Under the pieces are notes generated by a model, which saw only the letters and a program-made list of their open reading frames with translations, was not told the origin of the DNA and did not search any database. A DNA stretch of 61,150 nucleotides, the filler included, from Basidioascus undulatus (taxonomy: Eukaryota), in NCBI GenBank assembly GCA_000826855.1. It is 9 parts of 9 records of this genome, joined end to end, with 100 filler letters (N's around TTAATTAATTAA, not from the genome) between each part and the next. Parts side by side here need not be neighbours in the genome. Positions count along the whole stretch, not along the records: positions 36,768 to 40,551 come from JTLS01002304.1; positions 40,652 to 46,686 come from JTLS01002305.1; positions 46,787 to 50,624 come from JTLS01002306.1; 6 more parts are not named here. The stretch is one strand, 5' to 3'. Shown here one piece after another: positions 36,995 through 48,779 of the stretch (positions are counted from its first letter, which is position 1; each line of letters begins with the position of its first letter). The position numbers and the translations under genes are program-made.

Positions 36995-37399
36995 GATGAG
37001 TGAGTTTGTTGGGAGGTTGTGGGTGGGGAGAAGAGGGAGGTGGGAGGCGAGGGCGGTGAGGTCAGGCTGCCGTTCAGGGCCGGGGGGTGGGTGGGTCGAG
37101 CGCCGAATAATGTAGTCGCTTTCCTTCCTGTTGTAGACCGTGATTTCACGATATTTTATTGTCAAATATAACAATATAAAATGTTTCGGTAAAATCAGAA
37201 AGTCGGAAGAGTATCCTGACCGACATCGGCTGGTACTGTGCTGGCTTGTGCAGGCTGCATGCACTTGCAGGCACAGGCGTCGACATGTGGCAACGCTGCG
37301 CACTCGGTTGCCTTTGAACTGCCATTTCCTTTCGCCGCCCATCTACACCCAAGGTGCGTTCGCCCTTCTTCCCCATCCCCATCCCACCCCCTTAAAACC

Positions 37400-38208
37400 A
37401 TGCCGCTCCCCTCCCTCCCGCTCGAAACCCAGCACTACATCATCGCCTGCGTTGCTGAAACCGCGCACCCGCTCTCGTACCTCCGCGACTGGCGCACGCT
37501 CTGCTCCCTCTCTCTCGTCTCGCGCGTTTTCCACCTCATCGCCCAGCGCGCCCTCTACTCCTCGATCGTCCTCATCTCCCACCCCCACCTAAGCGCGCTC
37601 TGCTCCGCCCTGCACGCGAATGCGGACCTCCCCCCGCTCGTCCACGAGTCCACCTACCCCTGGGCCGCGCGCGAGCTGAGCCTCGTCTGCTCGCTCTTGG
37701 GCCCGACACTCCGGCGCGTGGCGGTCGAGGGCCCGCTCCGGAAGGGCACGATCGAGGGCCTCTCGAACCTCGAAGAGTACGTCTTCGCTTCCGTGGGGCT
37801 CTCGCGCCTCAGCGCGTCCAGGCCCCCCCACCTCACCCGCCTCGCCTCCGCGCAATGCCTGACGCGCCATAAAGCGCCGCACGGCGCGGACCTCCTGCGT
37901 GTGGAGATGATAGTCCTCTCCGCCGCCCAGGCTCTCTTCCGGCGTCACGTGAACCCCGGCGCGGGGGATGCGGTCGAGCGGCTTGTGCGACCTTGTAGGG
38001 GGATGAGAAGGTGCGTGTTTGTGGGGACAGAGAGGGGAGGGTGGAGGCGCATGTGGAGGCTGCCAGGGGGAGGACGGGGTGGTGGAAGGGGAGGGAGAAG
38101 GAGGGGGAGGTGGTGCGGCTTGAGGAGGTGAGTGAGAAGAAGGCGGTGCTGGCTAGGGCTGTGAGGGGGACGCTGTGGGAGTTGAGGGGGGAGGGGCTGG
38201 GTTCGTGA
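37400..38208 (+). CDS. F-box-like protein; apparent 1-nt frameshift near 38024
   Basis: MPLPSLPLETQHYII...RTLCSLSLVSRVFHLIAQRALYSSIVL. The C-terminus reads better as RCVFVG+DREGRVEAH...LARAVRGTLWE in the shifted frame. Confidence 0.6.
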
Positions 38209-39107
38209 GGGATTGTGACGCTATGTCTTTGTGTGGAACTATTTGCCCTGCAGAGGAAGCGGCGTAGGATTCTGGAAGACAGCTAGCTTGCAGACCGAGG
38301 CATCGTCCCCACTGTCGTTGCGGAACGGGCTAGACGCCAGCGTTTCGCAAGCCAGATGCAGATCGCAGAAGTGCAGGTGTGTCGAAGACTGGCAGATATG
38401 AGCGGGGGAAAATTGCAGTGAGGATGAACACGCGATCGACAGCTATGTCAATCAATTGCGACCAGAAACTAGCAACGTTAGTCCGAATAAAGCTAAGGAC
38501 AAGAAGAGAACGCGAGCCAGCCGGGGTTGAGTGCTTCGGCATTGCCATGACTACAAAATCCGCAAATGCCGATACGATATTCGCGCAGTCCTTAAACCCT
38601 GCCAGTGCGACGTCGAGCTGCCTGACTCTCTTTGCCTCAGTCCAGTTTGAAGCACCTTACAATGCCTTCTTGCTATTAAGCTTGATAAAGCCCCAGAGCG
38701 GTAGGAAATGTAGACTGATCTCTATTACAATCGGCTTATGTGTGCCCGAGAAGCGGCGCAGCTGTATTTCACCCAGGGGGTTCCGGCTGCGGTGCGTCTG
38801 ACAATCTGAAAGCCTGCCCAGTTAGACCTCAAAGCTGCCTCCTCAACCTGCATACCAGTTAACTTCCAATCCTAATCTACCCTCCTCCTATGTAGTTTGT
38901 TCGGCAAACCATCCCAGCACACAAGAATCTCCCTCCAGACGGAGTCAGAGCTCGACAGACAATCCCAGTGCGTCGTCTCCGTCTCCGTCCGCCATAAAGA
39001 CCCCCACGCCAGACCAGCCTCTCTTTCTCTTACCTTCCTCCTCCTCTCTCTCCTCTCTTTCCTCTTGCTCCTCTTTCCGCTCTTCATACCTGCCCAGGAA
39101 CCCAATC

Positions 39108-40050
39108 ATGCTCCCCCGCCTGGCCCTCCTCGCCGCCGCTGGCTCTCAGCGCTCGCTGTCCACGCGCAGTCAGGCTCGAGCGACAGCAATATTGAAATTT
39201 ATGCGCCGAAGACGTGCGTTGCTGCGATTATGGGGGTAGTAGAGTGGCAGGGAGCTGAGATTGAGGGGAGGTAAAGGACTTCTGGTGGATTGCGGGGAAC
39301 CTGCAGGAGACGCGAGGATCTTCCGTTGTGGGAAGGGGGAGACTGTGGTGGCTGTGCTGCGGGAATAGCAAGTGGACTGGCGACTCCCCGGGTACGTTCG
39401 ACGTGACGGTTATCAACGAGGACAAGAACCTCCTCCTGCTGGGCACGCTTCCCCATTAGGCTGTGATATCACTGTGCATGGGCAGGGCTGATGAGAGCGA
39501 GGGGCAGGTTCCAGCCCAGTGCGACCGACATCGACGTGACGCGGCAAAGCCTGCTCGTGAACGGGGTGAACGTGCGCCTCCTCCTCGTCCCACTCCTCCC
39601 CATGCACGCAGGGCTAAGAAGAGACCACTTCAAGTCCCCGCGGGCAAGGGCTACCAGATCATCTTCCACTCTCCGGTGCATCCTTTCCTCCTTCCCCCCT
39701 CCCTCTTCCCCCACCTGTCCCTCACCCCTTTCACCCATATGGAAACCGTTTCGAAGTCTACGCCACCTGCCCCTCTTTCGCAGTCAAAGCCAGCGGCGGT
39801 CCGTCCCCCCCTCCAACTTCTCGTCCTTCCTCCCCACGAACTCTGACCCTCCCCCGTCACGGCAGCGTTCTACCCCTCCGGCACGGCCACCCCGCCCAGC
39901 TCGAGTTCCACGGGCGCGTGGAGAGGGACGGACACCGCGGACGGGGCGCAGGAGACGGGGAAGGAGGATAAGGCCAATGGGGCTGCGAGCACGGCAAGCG
40001 GTGCGGTGGCGGGGTTGGCGGTGGTGGCGGGGCTGGCGTGGTGCTGTGAG
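39108..40050 (+). CDS. Secreted, probably GPI-anchored protein (Kre9/Knh1-N-like); apparent frameshifts
   Basis: Signal-like MLPRLALLAAA/LSALAVHAQ, then IEIYAPK..DFWWIAG..KWTGDSPGTFDVTVINEDKNLL, GKGYQIIF, an S/T/G linker and hydrophobic tail GAVAGLAVVAGL. Confidence 0.55.
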
Positions 40051-40699
40051 ATGGGCTTGGTGGAGGGTAGGCGAGGGACAATGACATTTTCTGTTACTCA
40101 CGAAGTTGAGGTTACATTCGCTCTAATGTTCCACCCTCGCTTGGAGATACACTCGCTTTTGTGGATTCAGTGCCATGCTTGCACGAATTGCACGACCCCG
40201 GCCTGTTGCGGAGCGCTCCTTTTGATGCCAATACTTAATGATGTCTCGATATAAGAAAAGAATAGGTACTTTCCCTTCGAGGTGCACTCGTGCTGCGAGA
40301 ACGCGGCGGAAGCGCATCGATGCATGCACAGCAGGCAAGCGAACGGGCCCCTTGGTTGTTAACTCGTCCGTGTCGCACTGTGGCAGAGGAGTGCCCATGT
40401 CTGTGAGGAACTTACCCCTCCCTGCCTCAGACGACACCGCGGCGAAGGGGACGACATCGCTACGCGGGTGTTTGCAGGCTCTCCTGGAAGAGGAGGGGTT
40501 TCTGGGTAGTGGGGGTCTCATTTCATTGCGGTGAGGGTGAGCGCTCAACCTNNNNNNNNNNNNNNNNNNNNNNNNNNNNNNNNNNNNNNNNNNNNTTAAT
40601 TAATTAANNNNNNNNNNNNNNNNNNNNNNNNNNNNNNNNNNNNNNNNNNNNTGGAAGAGGGGGAGGGGAGAGGGAGGGAGAGGGGGAGGAGAGACGGAC

Positions 40700-41601
40700 C
40701 GTGTCTGCGGGGTGCGTGAGTGTGAGCACGGAGGGGAGGGAAGGAAGGGGATGAGAGAAGGGATACGCACCTGTGCAGCATGTGCACGCCCGTAATGGAG
40801 CAGGTATCGGGTGCGAGGGGTGTAGTGGGAAGATACGGGGGTGAAGAGAGGTACGGCGAGAGGGGGCCGAGATGCCTACCGCCCATATCAACCATCAGCG
40901 TTCCAACCCAAGCACCCAACCAGCGCTCCCTCAGCATCCACTTACCGAAAGACCTCAAACTCATCCGCATCCCTCGCATCCTTCGCCACGGGCCGCACGA
41001 GCCCAGGGACAGCAGTAACGAGCGGAAACGCCCCCGCAGTCTGTACGATCCCCGCCTCTGCGCCGGTGCGCATGGGACCCGCATGTCCCTCGCCGGTAGG
41101 GAAGAGTCCCTCGCGCCCGTCGGCGGTGGGCGCGTAGCGGAGACCGTCGGAGAGGGGCGCGCCCGCTTTGGGCAGCGCGAGAGTGAGGGTGAAGGAGGGT
41201 GTGGGGGCGTGGACGGTCTGCCCTCCTTCCAGTCAGCCATCCCGGAAGGGAGGACAAGCGAGGCATGGGGAGGGGGGAGAGGGCAAAAGCACCTGGTGGT
41301 CCCGCGCCGACAGGGTATTAAAATTAAACAGCGGGGAGAACAGACACAGGATCGGCAGCGCAAGGAGCACCCCCGCCGCCACGATGAGCTTCCTGTTCTG
41401 CGGCGCCGTCCACTTGGGGCGGCGCGTCCGAGGCCGCTGCTCCTCCTCCCCCTCGCCGCCCGCATCGTTCAGGTCGACATCATCGATATGCTCTGAGGGC
41501 GTCTTGGGCTCGTGCTCCCCCGTGGAGGAGTGCTGGGGCAGGAGAGGGTTCGCGTCTTCGTCGTCCCGTCCGCTGGAGGAGAGGGAGAAACGCGGAGACA
41601 T
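40700..41601 (-). CDS. Histidine acid phosphatase/phytase family, type II membrane-anchored; 5' part only
   Basis: N-terminal TM (LIVAAGVLLALPILCLF), then FRHLGPLSPY...CSITGVHMLHR|HG. The RHG catalytic motif is completed by a 5-nt exon (40700-40704). Confidence 0.8.
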
Positions 41602-44262
41602 CCCGCGCGTGGGAATAGGTGGGCAAGAGAGAGGGTATTGACAGGAGAGAGAGATGAAGTTGAAGTTGAAGTTGGAAGTTGGGAGAGCAGGGTTACGACT
41701 CGTGTGCGTGCGATGTGCTGCGCTGCCGCCGATACGCGACGCCACTTGGCGTCGTCGAAACCCTGTCTTCCTTCCCTACATCCTTCGTGTTTTGGTTGGC
41801 CCAGCAACGAGCACACCTGTGTATCTCCTATCGCTCTTTAGGAGTGTCATGTCGCTCACCCGAACTCGACATCGATGTAGGTCACTCGCAGTCATCCCGC
41901 GCCTACCCATCGACGCTCGTCACTCAGCTCATGTCGCTCGCTTCTCATACCACCTCGCATCAACTCTTTCTCTTCATCTTTCCAATCTCTTACCATAATC
42001 GCTTGTCCTTATAAACTGACCCACCTTCTTATACACCGCCTCTTCAGATCTCCAGCAAGCGCAACATCTCACCTCGCTTACTTGCGCCTGTCCAGTGCCC
42101 GCCCTCGCCCTCTCGCTTCCTTCGAGCCCTATCGATCTGGACCCCGCTCGCAGCCATGCTCTTCCAGCGAAGGGTTAAGCGGGGCCCCCGGGCCTTTCTT
42201 CCAGTTCAGAAGCCTCGGAGCGCATTCGGTCGAAGACTGCGGCTGCGGGCGGATGGGATGGCAGCGGCGTTCTTCTCGGCAAGGCTCGGGGTGCCGATGC
42301 CGGTGCCCATGGGCAGAAGAAGCAAGGCGGTTTGCGTCGGATAGCTCAGCACAGGCCGGGTTGTGGAAGGCGCGGGGACGCGTAGGGCAGTTGTTGGTGA
42401 CCATGAGGTGGGTGTGGCACGCAAATCCTCCCTTTCTTCCTTCGACCTTCCCCGGTGCACTGCCGCTTATTTCAGGGTGGTACCCAGACGCGTGAGTACC
42501 TAGGTGGACTCCTATCATTTCAGTGATGCGTTTGTTCCTTCCGAAGTCGCGCGCCTTTGCAGCAGGGAGCTGCTTCTGTCGCGGGCGAAGATTGGACAGC
42601 AGGTACCTTCTGTGAGTCACTTGTTTCATATACCCCCTGCACCCAGCTGAAAGAACCTTCCCTTTCCCTGTACTAAAGCAGCCCGTAAACCCTTGCCGCT
42701 CTGGCCAACCGCAGTACGACCGTTCCGAGTCTCTGAAGCGGCCTTCCTTCATATGCGCAGTGGCAGACTTCATTGATCCATCGTCGTTCTCATCGTGCGC
42801 ACTTGATCGGAGGGCTCCATCGTTCTCCGCTAACCCCCCCCCCCCCCNGGCTCACCGTCCGCTCTCGAGCGCGACGTCCACTTTCCCTCAGCATCTCATC
42901 TCGTCTCCCGCCTCTGGAAAGCTATCTAGCGACCCACGACCCAAAACTTTCGGTGTTTGTCTTTACATCTTGACATTGACCGCCCTGCTCTTGACCAAAG
43001 CTCAAACGCGTCACATTGCCTTTCCTTGCTCTCTCTCTCGCCGCTGGCAGCTTTATTCTCTCCGGTCTAGACTACCAATGTGAACTCGAGAAGTACACCA
43101 CGTCGCATACTGCATTCTATCCGCTGATATAGGCGCCTTTGCCACGCTCGTTTCTCTCCCCGCTTTTGAACCAGCTCAGGCCTGCCGTTTCTCTATTCTC
43201 TCGGCGCCTTACGGCCTGCGCGGTGTGTTTAAACATATAACGGTTCAAGAGGGGCTTCAGGGCAGAGGCGAGACAATAGTTGGGGAAATGCAGGGCGGTC
43301 GTTGGCGGGCGGAGAGCGGCGGGGCGTGGCAGGCGCTGGTGCTGTCGCAGGGAGGCTCGAAGCAGCGGAGGGCTGGACGTCCGTGGCGGCCGTATGTAGG
43401 CGGGGATGGGGTTCATCGGTCAAATCACGCTGCACTCTTTCCGTCAGTTGTTTGAGCGCAGTTTCAAGCGACACTGCAATGAACGCATCAACGCAGCCTG
43501 TCTGTTCCGCTCCTTCTGCTCGTACGTCTCGCTCGCCATACTGGGCATCATTCGAGGTAAAGTTGCGCTCTCACTCGAAAATGCAAGGGTAGCAGCCTCG
43601 GCGTTGGGCGGTTTGGTTCCTGAGAGGTCCGGGTTGCAGTCATCTTCCTCGTCCTTCCCAATCTGGCGCGCGATCTCGAGCGCCGGCTCGACCGTCCTCA
43701 ACAACCGAGGCATCTCCAATTGGTTCTTTTGCACTTTTCTCGCAACTATTTGTTCTCGGCGAGGAACTACTCGTGCGCGAGGTAGAGGTCTGCATAATGT
43801 CGTACGTCAAAAAGAGCTGCTCGTCGACGAGCAGCTCGCTTGCGCCGCCTTCTTGTCTCTTAACTGCAACTTCGAGAGGTCTCCACGCAGCGCCTGATGC
43901 TCTCCCAAGAGGCCCTAGTTCTCGTCCAAGCACCCTTCTGTTGGACAGCCCTCTCTCAGGCGTCAGTGCTGCCGACAGGTTCGAATCCTCGAGAGGTCAG
44001 ATCTTCCAGACTCACTGGCGTGCGCTCTCCGCCATCGATATCCATCTCGTTGCCTGGCGAGTACTACGCAGCTTCGTTTATTTGGCTGTAATGCCTGGTG
44101 TCTATCCCACAAAAGCCCTCTCAGACGAGCCTCAACAACACAGCTCCAGGCGACAGGCGGCAACAATCGTCAAATCGTCAAATCGTGTGCCAAGCGGAAC
44201 CGGCCTGCCGGCGTAAATAAAAATGAAAGAGTCGGGAAGCGTCCTTTGTGAGACCGTCTGCT

Positions 44263-45636
44263 CTACTTGGAGTCGCTCGAGGCCCTCCCTTTCGGAACCA
44301 TCCAGAGCCCAGCCTGAACGAGCTTCAACCCAGCAACCACCGCCATGCCCCCTCGTAGGCCCGCGGGCGAGAGGGGGAAAGATTTGCCGATCCCTCCGCC
44401 AATGCAGAGAACAACAATGGCCAGTATACGGCTGTGATACACGTAGAAAGATATTAGCGTCTTTTAAATACCATAGAATATGTGGACTGATGCACAGGTT
44501 GCCGCCATGAACGAACTTCGGGGGACGCAGAGCGAAGAGGTAAGGATCGGATGCGATCTCTTGTGTAGAGCACATAGGCTCACATACGGCTCAAGGTGAC
44601 GGTGAATAAAACAGTCTGAATGGGACGTGTCAGTGCGAGATCGGAAAGGGCTCGTGAGCGGTAGACAACGACGCACAGTAGCGAAAGCGGGACTCGCTAC
44701 TTTTTGTGCCGAGATGGTCTGCAGGCCCATGCAGAAGGCAGCCTGCTCCATTCTCGCCCATAAGACAGGCTCCAACGCTCAACCACCCAACAGAAAGACG
44801 TACGCAGAATACAATAGCAGGGTACCGCAAGAACGACGGCTGCTCGTCTTCCGGGCCCGCCAGCAGAAGGGCTGCAGCTATCCACAGCACAGCGCTCTGC
44901 GCGATGCTGGTCAGAATGAGCCACGCTCGCCGACGATCTTGAAGCATGCGCCCTCCCTGAGCTCCGAAGAAAGAACCCAATACGAACGCCACGACTGAGA
45001 GGATGTGCTCGAACATCACGAGCGGCTGTGGCTCAGCGCCGGGAAAGATGAATTGGGCGCTGGTGGAAAAGAAATTAGAGACAGGCAGGATATCGAAAAC
45101 GTGAGCCACTTGCAGGCTACCAGACAATTGAATCAGGTTCCTGGAAGTTCGAATCGTCAGTTGAGGATGGTTCAAAGCCGATAGTGGACAGGCTTGACGT
45201 ACCCAGTCTGGAATCCAACCCAGGTCTGTGTCTTGTGGTACATCAGTGCGTCGATTATGCCTGTAAAGGGAAAAAGTTGCCATATGAGATAGAGGAAGGT
45301 TGGTCAATCTCTCAATCCGCCTGAATAGTGTATTGCGCACCGGTCATGAAAACCTGCCATGCTAACGGCACGGTCGCGCCTGTGTGCTCAACGTGCTCAT
45401 CCAACCTATACCCGGATGGCCCAGCTGTTCAGCACATGGATAAGACCGCAATGCAGAGCCCTCAGTACTTACCGCTGCCATAACCAGCTCCCTCGCCTCA
45501 AAGGAACCTCGAACTCGCTCCCTGCATGTGTTCCCTTCTCCGCCGCGTCCACATCAGGGCCAACTTTGTCGGTGATGTCGGCCTCTTCAGGCCCAGCAAT
45601 CCTCAAGACGTTCTGTTGAAATGCGACCGAGCCCAT
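44263..45636 (-). CDS. DUF1275/YoaK family membrane protein
   Basis: Spliced VPLAWQVFMTGIIDALMYHKTQTWVGFQTGNLIQLS...SVVAFVLGSFFG...RRRAWLILTSIAQ...AAFCMGLQ...IASDPYLF...VVAGLKLVQAGLW. Confidence 0.88.
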
Positions 45637-46786
45637 GAAAGAGTAACGTTCGAAACGTCCTGCGTAGGGAAAGTAGAAGGAGAAGGATGATGGTGCTGAG
45701 CAACGGGGGAACACCGCCGTTCTGCGGATGGCAGCGTTCGCGATATGATGCCCCGATCACTGCGCCCACGGGAGTCCTAGGACTCCTCCGGAACTACTAC
45801 GACCCTCATATGCCAAGAAACACTTTGAGCCGAAGAAAGTCACACACGTGTCACTGCGGCTATCGTCTGCGAAGGCATACCATGAGCATTATCAGCGTGG
45901 AACTCCGTCTCTACGTGATTGCACTCCTTCTCGACGCTCCGTCGTCCACTGCTAAGTACGAGCGATGTCGCTCTAAGCAGGCTAGTTTGTAGGGCACGTT
46001 GAAGTACATTCAGTTCAATACCAGTTCTCCAACGTTCATCACCTGGAAAAAATGGGCTACTTGATAATGACCCTGCCAAGAATGCAGTGCTCCAAAGCCC
46101 AAGCAAGGCATCGCTTCGCATTCCGTGTTCACTTCCAGAAGGCACGACTAAGGGTGCTGCGAAGTGCTATAGTCAATCTTGCGCAGCAGATTTTCGTTCG
46201 ATCCGCCGATTCGAAGACGCTCGTCTGCTCTGCGAAGCTGGCGAGTCGATGGCTTCGTCCCGGTCACAGTCACGTCAACGTCGGCGCGAGTCGGAGCTCG
46301 CCCTGCTAAAAAGCACGTTCGAGTTCTTCGACCAGCCACGATCTATTCTGGCTTGCAGCGGGGTCTGTTATTCTCACGGAGGAACTATATGGGCTTAGAG
46401 ATTCATGAATGAATCAAAGTTGTATGTAAGTAGGTCAGGCACTCTTTTCAACAGCATGCCTCATGCCACATACCGAGGGCACGAGGCACGGGCGGGAAGG
46501 CGGGTTCCCTACCGACGGGCTTGTTGCAGTGACCCAGGACACGGGCATAACTGTGAAGGTGAAGGATGTCAAGTCCATTGAGCTCAAGGTCAACGACCGA
46601 CACGAGCTCGAGACTGAGGACGGACACGTTCTTGTGAGGGAGGTTAGTGAAGACCTTGCATTGTAGAGCTGCGCGTTAGAGTGGCGNNNNNNNNNNNNNN
46701 NNNNNNNNNNNNNNNNNNNNNNNNNNNNNNTTAATTAATTAANNNNNNNNNNNNNNNNNNNNNNNNNNNNNNNNNNNNNNNNNNNN

Positions 46787-46892
46787 CCGTTCGAGGGCAA
46801 GAAGATCAGCTTCGGTACGTCGTCCTCTTCCTTCCTGTGTCCCTCCTCCCTCTGACCCCTCGCTAACCTCACCTCCCCACTCCTCAGACTAA
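46787..46892 (+). CDS. Last codons of a probable nucleolin-like (Nsr1/Gar2) gene
   Basis: PFEGKKISF|D* across a GT-AG intron resembles the G-KK-x-FD tail of nucleolin-like proteins; only 10 codons are visible. Confidence 0.55.
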
Positions 46893-47780
46893 GCGCGATC
46901 TCCTTCCCCTTCCCTCATCCCTCGCCTTCGTCTCCCCTACTCCGTCCCACAAAAGAGCCTCACCCTCTCACCCCTTCCGCATCACTCACTCCTCACATCA
47001 CATCACACGTATCCACCATGTTTCATTAAGCCGAGCATCGTCGTTTCCTTGTGTTTTCCCTCGTTTCTTAGCCTTCATGTCCTGTGTTTCTCCCCGTTTA
47101 GTTTGATTGTTTGGTTGTCCAGTCTTGCTGGTGTGTATTTGGACGTATGCACAGTGCTTCTTTAGAGGACTTTTTGTGATTGTGCGTGTGTGATCCTGCG
47201 TATTTGTGAAGCGCCTGAACCGCCCGGCGTCGCACGGCAATTGGGGCTCCTGACACTTAAAAGTAAATTTGGAGTGATAGTCAGTCCGTGGACGATGTGA
47301 TAGTAAGTCATGTCCGTCTCTCGCGAGGTGGGAGTGTGTAAAGTCGGGAACATCCACAAAGGATCGGGTGAAGATCGCCCAGTGCAATTTCGCAGTGTGG
47401 TCCAGTGTGGTCAAACGTTGCAGGACTGCAGTCGTTGGCGTTCACATTGAGAGCACTAGTACTTGTTCTGTGCTCTGCGATGGGGAGAGAAGCCGAGCGA
47501 GTTTCTGGGATTTCTTTCCCTTGCGGAAAGGCCCAAGGCCTCGGATCATATTACGTCTCAGGACGAGGATAGGAGGTTTGCAAGGTCGTCGGATTAATGC
47601 GTTGGCACTTGCGGGGCTCTGGGGAGGAACAAGAACATGCAGTCCTGCGCTCCCATGGGACTCGTCGGCAAGTGGGTTTATTCATAGCAGCACTATGACG
47701 TGTAATCAAAATTGCAGACAGTTCCTGTCACGCATGGTATCAAATTTGTCGTCGTCGACTGTCGCGGCTGTGCACCAATT

Positions 47781-48779
47781 TCACGTTACCTGAAAGATTG
47801 CAGAGTTGTACATCTTCACTTCATGGAAAAATATTCCATCTGGTAGGTTTGTGCCAGTGCATCCCAGGTAGCGTTGTCGGGCCTGGTCTGGCACACACTG
47901 TATCCTGCTCAAACGGTAACTCCTACAACGGTCCGCGAGGCCTTGATGGTTGCCATGCAGGCCACATCCACAATAACCTGTTCGACGCTGTGTATTAAAT
48001 GTCATAACAGATAGTACAAGTGTGAGGAAAAAGGCCCAGGACAAAGAGCAGCGAACACAGCCAACATCGTCGAAAACAAAGCCCTAGTGCGTGTGTCCGT
48101 CGCAATCACGAACCCAGGAAAAACGTGACCTCCTAGCGGAGCACTGTACCAACCCCACGTCCCATTCCTGGACACCGAGGGCTGCAAGGATGACGTCGAA
48201 CCGCAATGCGCCTGCGGTGTGAATCCAAATGTGGTCTACTGCCTCTGGGCGCCAGTCGAGGTCGAGATGAGCTGAGGGTCCTTGCGAGAAGGATTTGTTG
48301 ACGAGCGCCGTAGCGTCGACGATCATATGGCGACTCTTGAGACCACTGAGACGAGGGAGAAGAGGTTCCGGAGAACCGATAAATATCGGTAAGAGCGGCT
48401 GCGGAAGGTGTGGGGGCAAAGCGGAGACTCCTGCGGGCGACGATCAGGTAGTCGGACTCAAAGCTATGGTGAAAATACCACTGGCAATGAGAAATTCTGG
48501 TACCTAACAAGCCCCAGGTTGACATTTCAACCGAGCTGGAAAGCGTGAGCGGCACGGGGATGTCGACTACGTCCTTCGCAAGAAGCGGCTGAGCTAGCTG
48601 AGCGATCGCCCGGAAGTCGCGGCTGACCAGGCAGAGATCGAGGAGGGTGTGGCGGATGTGGGCGAACGTGGGGAAGTTGTCCTTGAACTTGTCCTCGGCC
48701 GTGACTCGAACAGCTGTCCGCGCTCTTTATGCAGGTGCTCGACGACGAGACGGTAGATGTCGTTGTTGAGGCGAGTCAT
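47781..48779 (-). pseudogene. F-box-like protein, frameshifted/degenerate
   Basis: MTRLNNDIYRLVVEHL, then in another frame HTLLDLCLVSRDFRAIAQ..PLL; downstream frames are interrupted. Confidence 0.5.

Noticed and set aside
42000..44200. Minus-strand ORFs (42129-42773, 43444-43734) as genes or gag-like remnants
   Set aside because: No recognisable motif, frames are interrupted, and the region spans the single-N join at 42848.
44555..44590. Apparent 28-nt intron in the DUF1275 gene
   Set aside because: It restores frame on paper but is far below the local intron size and lacks a clear branch point; it cannot be told apart from a small deletion without RNA data.
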